A stretch of 64,000 bases of DNA from Ostrea edulis (GCF_947568905.1 NC_079167.1:89280001-89344000), one strand, 5' to 3'; positions 33,206-46,800 are shown, numbered from the stretch's first letter. Translations and numbers: made by a program. The notes: generated by a model not told the origin, from the letters alone.

Positions 33206-36200
33206 ATGTCACTTGGACGAATTAGGTCAAGCCTTGTAAAACTTCAAATAGCGTCAAATTACCGAACATTTTTACGCTCAGCGTCATCATCATATAAAAG
33301 CAAATATTCCCTCGAAAATATATATCCCAACAGTGATCAAAATTTCCTCAGGAAGGTGGAAATCAAGGTAGGCGGACTGTGTAAATTCGGACTAATTAAG
33401 TAAACAACTTTTTTTTTATCGAGATTTTTTAAAGAAACTGATATCTCCTATAGCTAAAATTTCTACAGTGCTGGTTCAAAACATCAACAAAAAATTGTAG
33501 AGAATTTGTTTAAAATTACTATATCAATCATTATGTACCCACTTGTCAAGCTATCACCACCTATTCAGCTGTTCAGGCTCTTGACGTCTTGTCTTTCATC
33601 TTTATTTTTTCGACTTGTGCGTATTCCCATTGTATACCAGTGATACAATGAAATAAAGCATTTTTAAAACCTACCCAGAGGCATTACTTGTATAAAAAAT
33701 TATTGAAAATTCTCAAAAAAAAAAAAAAAAGATATAGCTGGAACAATATGGTTTTCATCTGTGTTGATAGGTATTTCAATACAGTTGCATGATATGTGTG
33801 ATGATACATATGTACTATAAAACAAAACACCAGACTATTTGGGTTTAACTGTCTAAATGTCTACAATTTTGATTGCTATCTTTACTCGTCTGCTAGTGAT
33901 TGGCTGGAATTTTTGGTTGTCAGAGTCACTCAGGTGACCTGTTGCTATTGTTACCTGTGCCCATCCATCGTCATCCTTTATCAACTTTTGACTATTTACC
34001 ATCAAATATGGTACATACCATCTTTCGGGGTAGGTAAACTGAAATTTTCACAAAGAATGTCATATGAAAGGTCACTGGACCCTTAAGGTATTTCGATGCA
34101 GACTTTTCATGATCATGCAATATTGCCAAAATGTATAATGTTAGTAACCAGGGATTAAAATTAACAGTCACCTGAGGCGACTAAATACTGGTACGGGAGA
34201 CGAAAACTTCATAAGGCACTGGCCCGGTTGGCGACCAGAATTTCCTCTATGTCCAATGTTGTGATATCGGTGATAAACACGGTTTCTCATTGAAATCATA
34301 GTTTGTGTTTATAGTCTTTTAAAATAAAATAATAAAAAATACGATTGGCGAATCTCTATATGATTTTTTTCACAAGATGTGTTAAGTAGTAATATTACGG
34401 ACTTTTAAATAGTGCATTTGGGGATCTACATTTACGTTGCGTGGTATGTTCCCGGTTAGTTAAGTCCCACATGGGTGAAGATTAGCCCAATTAGGAAAAT
34501 CCGAAAAGCATTATGTGGGGATTTACTGAAGGGATAAAGGCTCCCGATCCCACAAATAAACGAAAGAGAGAATACAATAAAAACTACGAACTAACAAGAA
34601 AGAGAGAATTCCAAATTTCGTGGAACGAAAACAGACCGTGGTTGGAGTTAGACGATGAGCTAGGCATGTTTTGCATGACCCTCAAAACGTTCCCCACGCA
34701 TGGAAAGGGAAATAGAACATGAGTTAGAGTAAATGCAGCAAATAATAAATAATAAAGTGAATATTTCTGACAAAATGTGTTTTTCATTATATGGGCTAGT
34801 AAATCCCATTCTGGGCTAGTGAAATTTGAAAGTTGGTAGCCCGTTTGGCTACTTCATTTTAAGGGTTAATTTTAATCCCTGGTAACTCTTGGATTTTTAA
34901 TCATAATGTGATGTATTAGTGTTATTTTTGTTGAATTAGGTGCTAATTTGTTTAAATTAAATTAACAAAGCAAATAATGCAATATGCATACGGAAAAAAA
35001 TATATCATAAAATGAAAGATGAAGGTTAAGTATGTGATGAATAGTCTAATACGAAAACATGTAGTACATGGTAAAGTCTATACATCAAATGTCATGTCAG
35101 CCTAAGTGGCCATATATATGAAACAGATGTCATATCAGCCGGAACAGCTCCATCTCAGACCAATTCCATAACAGCCAAAGCTTAGAAAGACACCCTTTCA
35201 AACAAAAGTGGCAGTATGTGTCCATGCAAAGCTATGGTGGTCAAAGACATGGGCAATTTTCAGACATCATTGTCTCAATAATTTTGTACCAATCCTTGCG
35301 TAGAAAGGACAGTTTGTTGAACAAATTATAATATTATCAAAGTTTTCAGATGTAAATTTCCTGTGTGTAGTTCATTAACACAACATTGATACCTGATTAT
35401 GAATTTGATAGATTTAGTTATTAAAACTTTGGTCAGTTTTGAAGTTGTTAGGAATCAAATGATGTAAAGATTTAACTAACCTGTTTGTGTTCTTTCCTTG
35501 TAGCAGACATATAGCAATGACACACAAGAAGAATTTACAGGCTATATACCACTAGGTAAAAATGCACGCACACTTGCAACTGCTGTCTGTCTTCTGGTTC
35601 TATTACATATTCTGTAATCTCAGTTCTATCATACACCTGTAATCTCGGTTCTGTCATACACCTGTAATCTCAGTTCTATCATACACCTGTAATCTCGGTT
35701 CTATCATACACCTGTAATCTCGGTTCTATCATACACCTGTAATCTCAGTTCTATCATACACCTGTAATCTCAGTTCTATCATACACCTGTAATCTCAGTT
35801 CTATCATACACCTGTAATCTTGGTTCTATCATACACCTGTAATCTACAATCTGGTTCTATCATACATACATTGTGATATGCAATCTGGTTCCATTAGAAA
35901 ATCTGCAATATGGTTCTATAATATAATCTAAAATCTGGTTTTGTTATATAATCTGTAACCTAGTTCTATTATGTATTTTCTATTCTGATTCTGTTGTTCA
36001 GTCTATATTCTGGTTCTACAATCTACATGTAGATATATATGTAAAAATCATTTAATTTTGAAAATCTCTAGATTTGAATTAATTGATTTTCTATATTTGT
36101 CAGTGACTAAATACAATGTATTTTCATGTGTGTGTGTGTGTGTGTGTGTAAGTCTGGGTGTGTGATTCAGACAGGATTGATATCTTTTGAATGATTTTTC

Positions 36201-39200
36201 AGATGATATTCAGATTAAAGCTGTCAGAGGGAGTGGGCCCGGTGGACAGAATGTCAACAAAGGTGAGCAACTCTGTAACTCTGTCTGTCATCACGCTCAT
36301 ACTGAAATAAAAATTCAACATACATAAAGTGGTAAATCAAAAGATATAACTTTCAGCAGTGACCTTGACCTTTAAGCTTGAAATTTGTAAATGATCTGTA
36401 CATGCAGTTTTGTTGGGAGATTTTCTGTGAAAGTGATCATCTATTGTCCAGTTTATATACATAATTTACACCCCCCCCCCCCTGTATTATACAATCATAA
36501 ATTATTTCCAATTTGTATCTAAGCCATGATGATATCATCAGTAAATCTCCTTAAACAATTCTGTGCTTCGTAATCTCAACTTCATATCTTGCTGCTCTAT
36601 GATGAATTCTACTTAATATTCTTAGTACATGTATGATGTCACTAGCTGCAAAACTGTAGTTCTGTGGTGTGAATTTGTACAAACTAGTGGGGAAAAGTGA
36701 GATAGAACTCCCCTGCTTGGTCATCTCAAATTTGCAAACTAGGATCCACTGTTTTGTAGCTATGATGTCATATATCGACTTTGCTTTATTTAACAGTCAG
36801 CTCAAAAGTAGAAGTACGATTTCATGTTGGAAGTGCATCATGGATACCACATTGGATCAAGGAAAATCTCATCAAAAATGTGAGTTGTAACTGAAGAGAA
36901 TAATTTTTAAAATTAGTACAATGTGAACAATATTTACAAAGTAAGTAAACATTGTGATATGCTGTATCTTAGGATTAGTGCTGAATATTGGCAGTAATTG
37001 AACGAAACATGCTTGAGCTTGTGAGTGCATTTTACACCCAATTCTCGTGCTGTTAATTACCGTTATAGATCCTTTACTATATAGCTAAAACATATTCATT
37101 TTCTTATGTTGATAATTTATTTCCTCACTAAGTTTACACACTGAAGCATTACTGGGACTGATATGAGTGTGTGATATATCACTGTAATGCATGTTATCAA
37201 CAATCACTTAATTACTTTGATCATTGCCCGTGTGATGTTTTTAATTATGAATATTGGCCATTAATAGGAAGTTGGGTTTGAAATAACATAAAGATTAACT
37301 GATACTTAAAAGATTACATAACAATACTGGCTATCAGAGCTTCCCACTCAATATCTGCTCCACCATACACAACAATACTGGCTACCAGAGCTTCCCACTC
37401 AATATCTGCTCCACCATACATAACAATACTGGCTATCAGAGCTTCCCACTCAATATCTGCTCCACCATACACAACAATACTGGCTACCAGAGCTTCCCAC
37501 CCAATACTGCTCCACCATACATAACAATACTGGCTACCAGAGCTTCCCACCCAATACTGCTCCACCATACACAACAATACTGGCTACCAGAGCTTCCCAC
37601 CCAATACTGCTCCAGCATACATAACAATACTGGCTACCAGAGCTTCCCACCCAATACTGCTCCACCATACACAACAATACTGGCTATCAGAGCTTCCCAC
37701 TCAATATCTGCTCCACCATACACAACAATACTGGCTATCAGAGCTTCCCACCCAATACTGCTCCACCATACATAACAATACTGGCTACCAGAGCTTCCCA
37801 CTCAATACTGCTCCACCATACATAATAATACTGGCTACCAGAGCTTCCCACTCAATATCTGCTCCACCATACACAACAATACTGGCTACCAGAGCTTCCC
37901 ACTCAATATCTGCTCCACCATACATAACAATACTGGCTATCAGAGCTTCCCACTCAATATCTGCTCCACCATACATAACAATATTGGCTACCAGAGCTTC
38001 CCACGCAGTATCTGGTCCGACATCTTTATTTACAGCTATAGTGCAATAATGTTAATTTGTACTTGATAATTTTGTCGGTGTACATCCTATTATTTCATAA
38101 AGAGTTCATAATAAAAATTCAATAGCCCTGATATTACACACTAAAATTCTTTATAATTTAGGAACTTTTCCAACAAATTATTAGTTTTATGATAAATGTA
38201 CTTATCAGAATAGTATACTTAGCACAAATGGAGCTGATGTACTATTTTCTTCTGTTGATGATAATGAATAGAGAGTATCATTTTATATATATAACTTTAG
38301 TTTGGCAAAAATAGAAACCCTTCTAAAATACTGTGATTAGTACATTTACTGTAAGTGTGTTCAAAGCAGCTATTGTTATGTTTCATTGCTCTGAAATTCT
38401 ACTTTACACAAAAAACTTTGATTTTGAAGGAGAAAAGTAAAATAACAAAAGAGGGATATTTGGTTGTCACATCCGAGAAAACACGGACACAGATGCTGAA
38501 TCAGGCCGACTGCTTAAATAAGGTCAGGGAGATGATATACAGATCCTCAGAGAAGCTTGAGGAAATGACCGAAGAGGATACTAAGATACTGACAGAGAGG
38601 TGAGGCTTTGTGGGGTGAATCCTAGAGAGGTGAGGCTTTGTGGGGTGAATCCTAGGGAGGTGAGGCTTTGTGGGGTGAATCCTGTGGTTTCAGAAATCAG
38701 GTTCACGGTTGACAGAGAGGTGAGGCTTTGTGGGGTGAATCCTGTGGTTTCAGAAATCAGGTTCACGGTTTTGACGAAGTGTTATTTTATTGATACATTG
38801 ATTGTGGACTGCTGCTGTTTTGTTTCTTTTGCTGAATTAAGACTGAGCTCTATTGTTTACTGGATTATATGGTCTTGCTAAGGCAGAAAATGATTTCAAC
38901 TAATGACATAAACCACAGTATATACCTGTTAAAAGTCTGTATGCAGCCCGTGGCTTTTAGGACAGAGCTATGGTATGAATAGCACTTAGGACTGAACATT
39001 GGTACAGTATTGATGACTTATAGAATTCTACCAGTTTTTTATGATCATTGGTTTTTGTCTTAGCTTACCATATTAATTATTTATTTGTCAGATTCAATCA
39101 ATTAAATTGCTACAAATATACATGTAATAAGATTAGATATTTTGATTAAAAAAATTAGATTCTTACAAATGATAGAATCAAATCTGTTTATTCACAATTT

Positions 39201-40130
39201 TAATTACTCCAATTGAAATCCAATTATTGCTTCACTCAAGTAGATTGCTACAATCAGAATTATATGATTCATTTCATATTACACACCATAGTATGTACAG
39301 GGTATTATTTCATACAATGGAAAAGACCAAATGAAATTCATATCCTTTGATATTCTCACTAATGTCCCTTCAGTACAATTAAAAATTAGATTCTTGGAGA
39401 TGCCAACTTAGATTGCTCTTGTTAAAATCAGATCCTTTGAATTGCTGACTTAGATTGCTAAAGAACTTCCATATTTCCGTTACCCCTGACCAACCCCCAG
39501 CTTTACATTAACGTGTCATTCAAGAGATTATAGAATAAACAAGGACTTGACACCTGTGCTTACTCCAGAAGTAACAGATATTAAACCATATCAAATTGAA
39601 TCAATAGTGAAAGTGAGCCCCTCATGTTCAATGTATTTTATACATGTACTTGCAAGGAAATTGTGATCATAATTACGGGGGCTAAGCCCCTGTGATCATA
39701 ATGTTTCTTTTGTGTGCTGTAAAAATGAAGTTTTTTGAGAAAAATTGTAATTTATTTCCCATATACCTACTCTGTTTTTGTAGTGAAAATTGGACCCTTT
39801 GAGTTGCCGACTTAAATCACTATAGTTGTAATTGAATCCTTTGAGTTGACAACTTAGATTACTACATGTATAGTTAAGATCAGATTATTGATATGCCCAC
39901 CAAGGTGCTAAAACTAAAATCAATTCCTTTATTTTGTCCAAGAAGAGTTTGCTACATTTGATTTCTTTATCAACACTAATGAATTCAGCTACATGTCTAT
40001 TTATTAATTGGTATTTGGTAAAATTTTGCATTATATATTTTAAAGGTTTGTCAAAGCAAATGAAATACGTCTAAGAAGAAAAAAAGCAGAATCACTGAAG
40101 AAGAGAAATAGAAGAAGCTTTGATGATTAG
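33206..40130 (+). CDS. MRPL58: Mitochondrial peptidyl-tRNA hydrolase ICT1 / mitoribosomal mL62 (203 aa)
   Basis: Exons 33206-33367, 35504-35555, 36203-36262, 36797-36879, 38430-38599, 40046-40130; all GT-AG and in phase (612 nt). YKSKYSLENIYP, GYIPLD, GSGPGGQNVNKVSSKVEVRF, SEKTRTQMLNQADCL, RLRRKKAES; AATAAA at 40133. Confidence 0.93.
34149..34881 (+). mobile_element. Non-autonomous hAT-like element with 5-bp TSD in MRPL58 intron 1
   Basis: 17-bp TIR CAGGGATTAAAATTAAC; TSD GTAAC (34144-34148 and 34882-34886); truncated ORF 34513-34722 with KREFQISWNENRPWL...GMFC (TTF-type zinc-finger start). Confidence 0.8.
35612..35845. repeat. 25-bp minisatellite, ~9 copies
   Basis: Unit tctatcatacacctgtaatctcagt. 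Confidence 0.9.
37318..38005. repeat. 47-49-bp minisatellite, ~14 copies
   Basis: Unit acaacaatactggctaccagagcttcccactcaatatctgctccaccatac, with +/-2 bp variants. Confidence 0.92.
38594..38770. repeat. 30-bp and ~60-bp tandem repeats copying the MRPL58 exon 5 donor
   Basis: agagaggtgaggctttgtggggtgaatcct repeated four times. Confidence 0.88.
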
Positions 40131-40545
40131 ATAATAAATTTTTAAAAGTTACTTGAATTTCATCAACTACATGTGCGTATATGTACTTAATAGGATTAAA
40201 AGTACATAAATAAAAATCTACTTACATTGTACTAATGTGGCAGTCAGTCGGATTCGATCACTGGTGGACAGATAACCCAGTTGGTAGTGTACTGGGACTT
40301 TATTTCTCACACAATGGCAAGTGCTTTATGGAGGAACAATCTATATAACTTGGATCTGATGCAGCTGGTGTTCAAACCTACGACTTACCATACGCAAAGC
40401 GAGCGCTCTGTTCTCTTAGAAACCATGTCAGTCTCTACAGTCTAGGGTTTAAAACAAGTTATTAACTTCCCAATATTAAACTTGAGAAAAGAATGATCGT
40501 TTCGTTGTGAGGATCAATTAAAGAAAAAATGTACCGAAAAGGGCA

Positions 40546-41095
40546 AAGTACATGCCAGTTAGCACTAGAAATTAAAGTTACATGCCAGTTACCGTTACAG
40601 AAAGTAAAGTTACATGCCAGTTACCGTTACAGAAAGTAAAGTTACATGCCAGTTACCGTTACAGAAAGTAAAGTTACATGCCAGTTACCGTTACAGAAAG
40701 TAAAGTTACATGCCAGTTACCGTTACAGAAAGTAAAGTTACATGCCAGTTACCTTTACAGAAAGTAAAGTTACATGCCAGTTACCGTAACAGAAAGTAAA
40801 GTTACATGCCAGTTACCTTTACAGAAAGTAAAGTTACATGCCAGTTACCTTTACAGAAAGTAAAGTTACATGCCAGTTAGCACTAGAAATTAAAGTTACA
40901 TGCCAGTTAGCACTAGAAATTAAAGTTACATGCCAGTTACCGTTACAGAAAGTAAAGTTACATGCCAGTTACCTTTACAGAAAGTAAAGTTACATGCCAG
41001 TTACCGTTACAGAAATTAAAGTTACATGCCAGTTTCCGTTACAGAAAGTAAAATTACATGCCAGTTAACCGCTATACAAAGTAAAGTTACATGCC
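40546..41095. repeat. 32-bp minisatellite, ~17 copies
   Basis: Unit catgccagttaccgttacagaaagtaaagtta. Confidence 0.93.
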
Positions 41096-43728
41096 ATTTA
41101 ACACTGTACATAGAAGAGTAAAGTTACGCGCCATTTACCGTATTATTTTAAAAATGGATATGTTAGGGAACATTAAACCTGAGTTGCGTACCTTAATGAT
41201 ACAAACGTTGTCAGATTTTAACTTCGAGTACAATGCTATGATCTAATCATTATAATGCCCGCAAAAAAATTGGCAGGCGATAACTTTGTAACGGAATGAC
41301 ATCTGAGGTTGAAATTTGGCAGAATGTCCTATACTAGTAACTAGAGAGATCGAGGTTGTGTATCAAGCTCCTAAACCATGCTTATTTGACCAATGTCATT
41401 GTCACGGGTAGAAATAAAAAAAAAAAAAAAAATTTATCCATACTTCACATGGAGAGTTCTAGAGACATCAGTCAATATTCTTTAGAGTAGTTGTCTTTCT
41501 TATATTGTATAATAAATGAATGGATCTCGTTATCATGCTGGTATTTAGTCCGGATCAGTATTACAGTTTACAAATTACAATTAGAAAACAAACATGCCGT
41601 CCATTGGCGATTTGAATTCTTCCAATATGAATATTAAATCCTTAGTTTCATATTGATCTATATAGATTGCTCAGATCGCGCATGTCAACTTGTGAGCTCA
41701 GTATATTCCATGACGCAACAACAACCGTTATTCGTAGGGTAAATTAGCCCAGGTGCTTCCCATTGGAGTCTGACTTGTGATACGCCACCTAAATCAAAGC
41801 TGGTGACGTCTCGTGGTCAATCGGAACATCACTCGTCCCGGAAAAGTCCGAGTGATGTTCCGATTGATTTCGTGGCGAGTTTACAAAAGAATTGAAAAGA
41901 TTCTCAGAGGGACGGAAAACTCTAAATAATAGACTTTTGAAAAGGCTATATATACGAAATGAAATTAGTAGTACGTTGTATATATTCATAAATTGAAGCT
42001 TTAATACTTTTTAAAAAAAAGAAAAGAAAAATCTTGTTTATTGAATGGTATAGCGTCATCGAACAGATCTTAAATTCGTGGAACATTGTATCGCACCATG
42101 CATGACGCCGGGAATCATTAATTGAGCAATGCTGAAAATCATGCTTTATTGTATGCCTGAGGTATTCTCTTTAGAGAAGTGGATAGGCATAGCCTACATC
42201 CATCTTCCTGTTCACTTCTCGAAAGGAAAAAGTATAAGAGGATGCTTGCATATTGCCTTTAAATTTTTTAGTGTTGGTGGTCTTTAGGAAAATTTGATGT
42301 AAAATAAAAAAACCCAACAAAAATAAAGGCGAAAAAATCCTTAGAATAAATAAAGTAATAAAAACACTCTTGCATATTCCCATGTAAAACGTCAAAATCT
42401 CATTATGGGTTATGGGTCCACCCTGACCCCCCCCCCCCCCCCCCCCCGAGACCACGATTTAAACATTCGTTTAAGTTTTTTTGTAATTTTTTATTGATAA
42501 GTGATTACCCTGGTAATTCGGTTATTTCTTATTTATCTTCTCTTTACAACGGAAATAAACGGCATGGTCTTTCATTATCTATTCATTATAGATATGTCAA
42601 GAAATAGAGCAGTTTTCCCGGATGGCAATTTTGTAACCTGGTTACAATAGGGGCAATATTTTTGTCCAGTTTAGTATATGAAACATCTATGTCTTATAGT
42701 GCTAAAAAGCTAGTAAATATCGACCAAGTATGAATTATATTTACTATTCTTTCGCAAGAAGAAAATGTCTGGGCACTATTGAAATATTGATATTGTTAGA
42801 AATGTTTCGTCGGAACTGACAGGTAAATATAATTTCCTGACGACTTCTGCCGTAAAGTTTAATACGGAACTAAAATCACAACTTCTTATATGCCATGGCA
42901 GTACATGCTCGTGTATAAATTGAAGTTATTTTTAAAACACCTCCCTGTAAGATTTAAATTTAAAGAAAGCGCACTGGTTGTCCTCAATACGTTTTCTCAT
43001 CCAATGACACTTATTAATGCACAATAAAATTAACAATGAGCGTTTAAAGCTCCCCTCAAACGTTTTTAAATGATAGAAACATTTTTTGCTAAAACCCACC
43101 ATTTAAAAATCTTCCAAATGCGATTCTCGGAAGGACGAGTTTGAATTTCAGTCAACCAATGCAATAGTTGTTGCCACATTAATTTAATCTACATGCTGTT
43201 TTCAACACCTTTTGAAAATCCTCAGTTTTAATATGTTTTGAGAATACAGGTCCGTTCTGACCTGGCACAATGATGTTTTGGATTTGATCTACATTGTATA
43301 ATGATTCAATTTGATGTATCCTAAGGATCTGCATTTTAATTATAAATTTTGTAACATAAAACAGTCACACAGGGTACATTGCACGTACTTCTGAGATCTC
43401 TAACTAAACGAAAATATACTGGTAAATTACTGGTATAGAAGAATACAAGTTTATTAGCTCAAACCACAATGATTGTCCTACATGAGGTACAATGCAGACA
43501 TTTTATGTATTAATACAAGTAACGTCAGGGGAATGTATATAGACATACAAATAAACAATATTATAGTGAAATAATATACATGTACAAAAAATATGTACAA
43601 AAGTGTGAATTTCTGTGAGAACAAACTGATTTGTATATCTTTAAATTGAAGACAGTTATTTTAAAGGTTTTAACATTACTGGTTGACAATTTCATAGAAT
43701 TTCGTTACATTTGGTCTCGTACAATATT

Positions 43729-44158
43729 CTTGTCCCCCACCGCAACACGGAAGGGGACATAGAAATACCGGTGTCCGTCCGTCCGTCCCACTCAACTTTG
43801 TGAACGCCTCTCCTCCGAAACCGCTCAACGGATTTTGCTCTAATTTTGTAGGATTGTTAGTCACCATATTTAGTTGATCATATTGCGCCGCCATTGTGAT
43901 TTGACAAATTTTACAGGAGTTATGGGACTTTGTTGAATTCATACACGCTACACTTAGGAATACTTACTGTTACCTCTCCTCCGAAACCGCTCAACGGATT
44001 ATGTTCAAATTTTGTAGGATTGTTAGCCATCATATGTAGTTGATCATATTGCGCCGTCATTTTGATTCTACAAATGTTACAGGAGTTAATGGACTTTTGT
44101 TGTTTCGTCTTACTTTTTTTGCGGCGGTGGGTGACATGGCTACGCGTAGCAATCTTGT
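43729..44158 (+). mobile_element. DINE-1/Helentron-like non-autonomous element
   Basis: 5' ttgtcccccaccgc inverted against 3' gcggtgggtgaca, (GTCC)n tract, two ~160-bp internal repeats, 3' hairpin gctacgcgtagc. Confidence 0.75.
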
Positions 44159-44559
44159 CTATGTAGGACTTCGTTTCTTATACTGGATAAAGCACTGCAC
44201 TCTAACACATAATGCAAAGATAGATATTGACATTGTGATGTTGTGGTTATTATTTAGTGCCCATGGCATTGTGCATGTAAGGTCAATATGATGTTCGGTA
44301 TATGATATATTGACATTGAGACGTTGAGTTTAGTATTTAATGCTCATGATATTGTGCATGTAAGGTCAATATGATGTTCAGAATATGATATATTGACATT
44401 GTGATGTTGAGGTTATTATTTAGTGCCCATGACATTGTGCATTTAAGGTCAATATGATGTTAATTCGGTATATGATACACAGGTAAGCTGAAAGATGGAC
44501 AATATTGTATGGAGAACTCAGATTCCGGCCCAATCTAATTTACTATTGAAGAGTACTCT

Positions 44560-45235
44560 TTAATAGTAAATTCGAACCCAAGAGATATTATTGCCTGTGG
44601 TTCGATTCGACTTCGCGGAATCTTCTGCTTGATCCCCATCATTAGCATCATGGATTAACTAGTGTGTTCCAATCGGTGTCACTGACATCTGCATTTTATA
44701 TACCTACACTTTATACGCTCATACGATTGGTTTTGTATTGCCTCTGATTATATATAAACGTGCCATTGTGGTCACTAAGTTTGTGTTCGACGGCAATTGT
44801 CCCAGAGTCCAATATCTTGTCATCAAAATATCCGCTAACCTAAATAGGTCAGGAAGGGTGTTCGTGTGGTTCGTGATTCTCGTAGCTTCGTGGATGTGTT
44901 CGTAAAAGGATTTCATTGGCCATATGTGTGTTCGAGAGATTTAGAAAATTTATATTTAAGTCACCTAAGATTATAATTCTATTGGATTTATCAAGAGCCT
45001 CTTCGATGGACCATTCGAGCTTTTTCCCAAATGAATTATCGGTGTTCAGTTTTCGATATCCACAACAGAGAAGAATATTACAGGTAGGGTCACTTATTTC
45101 TAATCATCTGATCATATACATTCGGTGTTCGTTAATTCTAAATCAGGTCGCCTGTATCGATGTGAATGGAATCGGATGCATGTATTATCAATATTAGTAT
45201 CCAGATGGGTTTCCGTGAAACACAAAATATCAAAA
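44560..45235 (-). mobile_element. Degenerate LINE apurinic-endonuclease fragment
   Basis: Minus-strand DILCFTETHLD, IIILGDLN, IHEATRIT motifs with stops and frameshifts. Confidence 0.7.
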
Positions 45236-45711
45236 TCTGTAACCAAACTCAGCAATTAAAATTAGATCCTATGATCCCCTCATCTACTATCACTACACAT
45301 AGATGCTAGTAGATGAGCGGATCATAGGATCTAATTTTACATGTAATAAGATCGCCAAACTCAATAACCTAGCAAACTTATCTCTAATACTTCAAACATT
45401 CAAATGAAAAATATGTAATGTAAATTGCACTAAATTGGTTGGCCCAGGGTGTTTTTCCACATCTCCCGACAAAATTGAAAGAATAAAAATCATTTAATGA
45501 ATGATGCCACGTGGGCAATTATTGACAACAAACTGATAAACAACTGAAATATGAGCGTCTGGTTCTAAAGTATGCTGTTCTACAGCTGTTCTATATGTCA
45601 AAAAGTTAATGAATTTAAAAAAAAATCAAATAAATAATATAACAGAAATTTAGTAGTACATCTAAATCTCGGATAATGGAAGTCCGATTGCGGCTCGGTA
45701 TCGGTTTCATG

Positions 45712-46079
45712 TGTAGCGGTCAGCCGGTTTCGATAGCCGGTTACCTCAGTTGGTATATATAGCACCTCACTAGAAATTCAGGGACCCGGGTTCGAATTCC
45801 GGTCTGGTCCGTTGCATTTTCTCACTTCCTGCTTCATTTGGTGCCGTAGACCAGCCCCTGGAACTGACAGGCGAAAATGCCTGCCAGGGGGATAAAGATC
45901 CTGGGTTGATGTCTTCAGGTGTGAAGACATTTAAGGAGGGAGGAGTGTAGCGGTCAGCCGGATTCGATCGCCGGTGGCCAGTTAGCTCAGTTAAATTGGT
46001 AGAGCACCTGACTAGAGATTCAGGGGGCCCGGGTTCGAATCGCGGTCTGGTCAGTTGCATTTTCCCCCTTCCTGTTACA
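45712..46079 (+). mobile_element. Complete tRNA-LTR miniature retrotransposon with 4-bp TSD
   Basis: TSD CATG (45708-45711 and 46080-46083); LTRs 45712-45836 and 45946-46079; PBS tggtgccgtagacc from 45839; PPT aaggagggaggag 45933-45945. Confidence 0.92.
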
Positions 46080-46089
46080 CATGCATTGC

Positions 46090-46800
46090 AGTGTGCCTGT
46101 TGTCTACTCGGTGTGGATATTCACATGTACAATTTCCTCACGTTTTAGGACAGCCTCCAGAATTTGAAGAGTTGTATTCTCTTGGGCCGTCTCACCTATT
46201 CCAGCTAGTAATCAGTGGTCTTCTCCCATATTGTTCTAATTCATCCAATTTCATCAACAGGCTTTTGTTTTCAGTTTCTAGTTTGTTAATTTTGTTTTGA
46301 ACAGCTGTTGAAGTGGTTTTATTGATCTTTGGACATTTTCACGAACAAAGTTTTTCTAAAACAGTTTTGACGGCCTCCGCTTGGTATAGTGATAGCCCCC
46401 CCCCCCCCCCCCCCCCTCTGAATTGAACAAGAGGTTTCCAATTCTTTTTTGAAACAATGCTTAAGTATTTCTCGATGCCAAAGTTTAGCTTAAAAAATTC
46501 ACAAATTTGACCTTTTGACGAATTATTCATATCATTTGTCCACTTCTGTATAAACTGGTCTTTTAGTCTTTGTTTAATTACAGCAGTAATCCATTTGACA
46601 TTAAACATTACAGAGCGCTGTCCTGTCCAAATATTAGAAAAACTACAGGGATCTAAAACATTTCTTATAAAAATAACCCATGAGTTCACATTCTCATTAT
46701 TGGGCATGTATTGATTAAATAAATATTTATATATAGTACACACGGTGTTATTTTGTTGGCCTTGAACCATTTTTGCCCAATACGAGATCATCCTTGAATA
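46090..46800 (-). mobile_element. Two LINE remnants: ORF1 piece (~46090-46320) and ORF2 C-terminal piece (~46400-46800)
   Basis: KLDELEQYGRR..GIGE..ENT (ORF1-like) and MISYW..KQRLKDQFIQKW..FK..FGIEKYL (ORF2 C-terminus-like). Confidence 0.7.

Noticed and set aside
37314-37976. ORFs with repeated MYGGADIEWEAL units
   Set aside because: They are translations of a 47-49-bp intronic minisatellite whose length variants break the frame.
40546-41095. 32-bp (and 31-, 36-, 25-bp) repeat arrays as possible CRISPR arrays
   Set aside because: The units are head-to-tail with no unique spacers, there are no cas genes, and the context is eukaryotic.
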